A stretch of DNA of 63,807 nt, filler included, from Catajapyx aquilonaris (taxonomy: Eukaryota): the NCBI GenBank assembly GCA_000934665.2. It is 2 parts of 2 records of this genome, joined end to end, with 100 filler letters (N's around TTAATTAATTAA, not from the genome) between each part and the next. Parts side by side here need not be neighbours in the genome. Positions count along the whole stretch, not along the records: positions 32,027 to 63,807 come from JYFJ02004501.1; 1 more part is not named here. One strand, 5' to 3'. The notes beneath the pieces were generated by a model. That model saw only the letters and a program-made list of their open reading frames with translations, had not been told where the DNA came from and ran no database searches. Shown here piece by piece: positions 60,309 to 63,807 of the stretch. The translations under genes and the position numbers were made by a program. Each line of letters begins with the position of its first letter. Positions within the stretch are counted from its first letter, which is position 1.

Positions 60309-60985
60309 TATACTCTATCCTGGAAGTAAAGTCATTTCCTACCCACCCCCATCTCTTAATCCCATTCCACACCAGACCACCCACCGAGATCACTCTCAAG
60401 CTCAATCCTGGAAAGTGCAGCATTGTCATATGTCCAAGAAGGATCCAAGGGGTTGAAGCAGTGAGCTATGGAAAGAATAATTTCTGTATTTTGTGACCCT
60501 GGGCCCCTCTCTGCAGTTTCACTGTTACAACGTCCTCGATCCCTCATGCCCCACCACTATACACAGTATCTAGTGCACTACCTGAGTGCCAGGGCTCCAG
60601 GACTGTTTGAAATGGGTGCTCTTGACTCCTTGCCATTTGCAAACTCATTCAGTCATGCCAAGTCATTCTCATGGCTGCCAACTGGTGAGAACACTTCTAG
60701 TGCAGAGAGTATATTAGAACATATCCAAGGTCTAAATGGTAATGGTTTCTCTTTTGGAATGGTATTGGAACAATATTATTGGCATTGAAAGAAATTGATA
60801 AAACCCATTTTTGCAGGCCAGACCTCCTTTGCCAGCTTTCAATAAGATGGGGCAATGCAACTTAATATTAGCAGATATATTTTTGATAACTAAAGGTAAT
60901 TTTTAAAATGAGCAGCTTGGTGTCAATATTACTAATCACTACAAGCATTTCAGTTGGAACACCCTGAATGAAAAATAATCATCTA

Positions 60986-61671
60986 TAGGGTGTTTCACTA
61001 GGTAGTCCCCCCAAAAACCAGCTGTACTTTTCTTCCCACTCAACCTAGAAACACAAGGTGTGGTTTAAAATGTACCTTAGTTCATGGAAATGTAGCACCA
61101 TTCATAATAAATGCTGTAATTGACCTTCGACGACCGCCATACACAGTCGAACTCTAATTGCCTTATTATCGAAGGGCCTCCCCAGCATATCGACATTAAT
61201 AATCCAGATTGCTGCACTTTTGGACCAATACAGTGGCAGATGACCTCCTTCTGTAGAAGAAGAAACAATTGAAGAAGTGAAGCACAGCCTGGTGGCATCA
61301 CCAAAAACGTCACTACGACGTTTATCACAAGAATCTGGGAATTCCGTTTTTACCTGCCAAAAAGTCACAAATCTGAGGAGTTGTGCTTACAACAATAAGC
61401 CTCGAAGTTAGAAGACTGAGAAAGCAACATAAGTGCAGTAATCCTGACTTTGATGTTGATATGTTGGGGAGGATCTTTGCTAATAAGGAGATTCATGTAG
61501 CATCGCATTCAAGTGCATAATTATGGAGGTTGCTGAAGGTCAATTACAGCATTTATTGTGAATGGTGTGACATTCCAATGAACTAAGGTACATTTTAAAC
61601 TAAGCCTCATGTTTGAGTGGGAAGAAAAACATAGCTGGTTCTTTGGGGGGACTACCTAGTGAAACACCCTG
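60986..61671. mobile_element. Diverged fold-back MITE of the CAGGGTG type
   Basis: AGGGTGTTTCACTAGGTAGTCCCCCCAAA is mirrored at 61642-61671; the arms align for more than 200 bp. Confidence 0.8.
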
Positions 61672-61948
61672 TATAAAGTCTATATCATTATTTTTGCTCA
61701 CTTGACACTTGAAAACTATGCAAAAGATCTAATAGGCTTTCCTGTGATAGCCTACTTTGACAGTAATTGAGCACATCATGCCAGATAGTGCTTCTTACAC
61801 TATGAGCCTTTGTTATACTAATTATATTATTTGAGCCCACTAATAAAAACATTTACACAAGTATGGGTGGTACATTGGGTTTTTGTACGAAAAACAAATC
61901 ACAAATGACATTACTCCCCCTTTTTTATTCAATCAAACATCACATGAA

Positions 61949-62559
61949 CTAAACAATCATCTCCAGCTCTTTGGCATATTCAATGGTTTGAGCAGCAAGC
62001 TCTGCACTGGGAATGACATCATCCGTCTTACGCTCTTCCTTTTTGAAATGAAAGGACCCATCATCGCCCAGCACCCACCCGCGCTTGGTACCATAAGCCC
62101 TGATCTCGCTTGGATCGGTCTTAAGCATTACGGCCACATCAGAGAGGCTGATCTGCTCGTAGGCCTTCTCCATGCAAGCGCAGATCTCATCACGAATTGT
62201 CTCCAATAAGAGGTCAATGAAAAAGGTGTAAGAAGGAGCAGGCACATTTCCCTTAGCCAGAAAAATCTTGTTGTAGCTTCCCTCCATCAGGTACTGCTCC
62301 AAAGACACAGGGTGACTAATATACACCCTGGACTGAATCTCTTGAGGAGGAAGAAGCTCCAGCTCAGTGTGGAACTCAGCTACCCGGTTCTGTGACAGGA
62401 GGCACAAGAGGTTAAGTCCCAGTAGCTCATACTTCTTTGCCGAGTCCTCCAGTTCCTTGTAGTCTAAGTAGTAGGGCTTCAGCTGGGCCATGTACCGCTC
62501 AAATGATGGAATGTCCTTCATTGCAATGCTCCATGTAGCTCCAATTTCCAGCACATTGC
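61949..62559 (-). CDS. PSMD8: 26S proteasome lid subunit Rpn12, last coding exon (5' part not resolved in window)
   Basis: Acceptor at 62560, then (R)[33 protein letters not shown]...[25 protein letters not shown]...[22 protein letters not shown]...[11 protein letters not shown]. Confidence 0.95.
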
Positions 62560-63807
62560 CTGAGAGGGAGATAACGCATGTGCAATTAGAATGTATCTCA
62601 AAAATTAGCCAAAGCTTTATGTCTACAGCCAAACCATAACTATTTGCACTCAATTTTTTCTACATGTTTTCCCATTTATAGGACTGGACAGCCGAGTCAA
62701 GTGGGGAGAGTGCACATATGACAAATGAGTGATCAATGATAAGAGAAAATCTGTGTTTATTAGAACAAACACTTATGTGAAACTTACTTAAGACTATTAG
62801 GAGTAAACCATTACCATATACAGGGGGAAAAAAACCACCCACAGTAGTATTTGAAACCAGTTTAGAAATCATTGTTCCAGCAGGGCAGTGGGATCCAGAA
62901 ACCAAAGCATTTGTGCCAGGGCCTAAGTTCCAAGTCTCACTACCACTTGTGCTGGTGTCTTGGGTTGGAAAGAAAGTAATGTCTGTAAGTGAAAGGCAAC
63001 AGAAAAGTTCTAATCACGGTATATGCAAGCAAAAGCCAGTCCAAAATGTAGTCGCCATCATTTGCATGATCTGCTCCCCAATGTCTGGGCAGTCGTTGGA
63101 TCCCATCCCTGTAGAAATGTGGTGGCTTGGATGCAGAGAAGTGCTCATTCAACATCGACTTGGTTGGCAACACACTGTCAATCCAAGAAATGATGCATCG
63201 ACCAGAAAAGGTGGTGGTAGTCACTGGGGGAAATGTCCAGAGAATAAGCTGGATGTGACAGCACCTCCCACCTCACACTCTTCATCTTCCGACAGCTAAC
63301 TGCCAAGGCTTAAGAGTGCGCTCTAGGCTACGCGATCCATTGTTGCGGGGAGCCCGTCGCGGGCCGGCCCGTGAGTTTGACACTTCTTCCTCTCGCTGTC
63401 ACGGTCGCAAATATGGAGGTATCGGCATGAAACTGGAGTATCTGGACGCGAAAGAGTTGAACTTTGAGATGGTGCGTTTATTTTTCTCCTGGGGCGATAT
63501 TTGCGGCCGCCGCGGCCAGGTACAGTTTTTCATTTTGACCCGCAATCACTCCTTTCCATGTCGGTACCAGTGAGATTCGAGAGCGTCACGAGGTTTTTAC
63601 GCCGAATTACCATAAGTGTGTGAAAGGGCACGAGTGTGGCAGTCTTGGTTTGGCCAAACTTTGGGATCGAAAATACCCCCCTCCATGAACAATAACAACT
63701 CGCACGAAGAACGCGACGATCTGGCAGCGCCGCGGTGACTGCCAGCTCCGTAACCACGTCGACTGTGCCACCCTTGACTTGTTTACATCGTTCTAATAAT
63801 TTATTAG

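Noticed and set aside
63308..63807. CpG-rich segment as a promoter or transposon end
   Set aside because: It is cut by the window edge, with no second terminus or ORF to decide between the two.

Overview
Eukaryotic (arthropod, probably hexapod/pancrustacean) genomic DNA with short GT-AG introns, so most short six-frame ORFs are noise. The left half holds a cluster of small secreted 8-cysteine odorant-binding-protein (OBP)-like genes with a shared 6-exon layout. I can reconstruct 6 intact copies, 1 frameshifted pseudogene, 1 3'-truncated copy and 2 weaker remnants, mixed with a minimal LITAF gene and a LITAF remnant. Conserved genes follow: coronin, a ribosomal L1-domain protein (RSL1D1-like), two F-box/LRR genes, Golgi pH regulator GPR89, and proteasome subunits Rpt4 (PSMC6) and Rpn12 (PSMD8, partial). 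Transposons are dense: a Transib-like element with RSS-like ends, two Helitron/Helentron helicase remnants, a decayed mariner, a THAP/P-like 5' end, piggyBac, hAT and Tc1-type MITEs, and several tRNA-derived SINE families. An artificial 100-nt contig linker sits at 31927-32026. The best leads are the OBP-like family, a ~38-nt upstream block conserved between very divergent paralogs, and a G.U-rich structured segment in an Rpt4 intron. All gene models and alignments were made by eye; no database searches were run.
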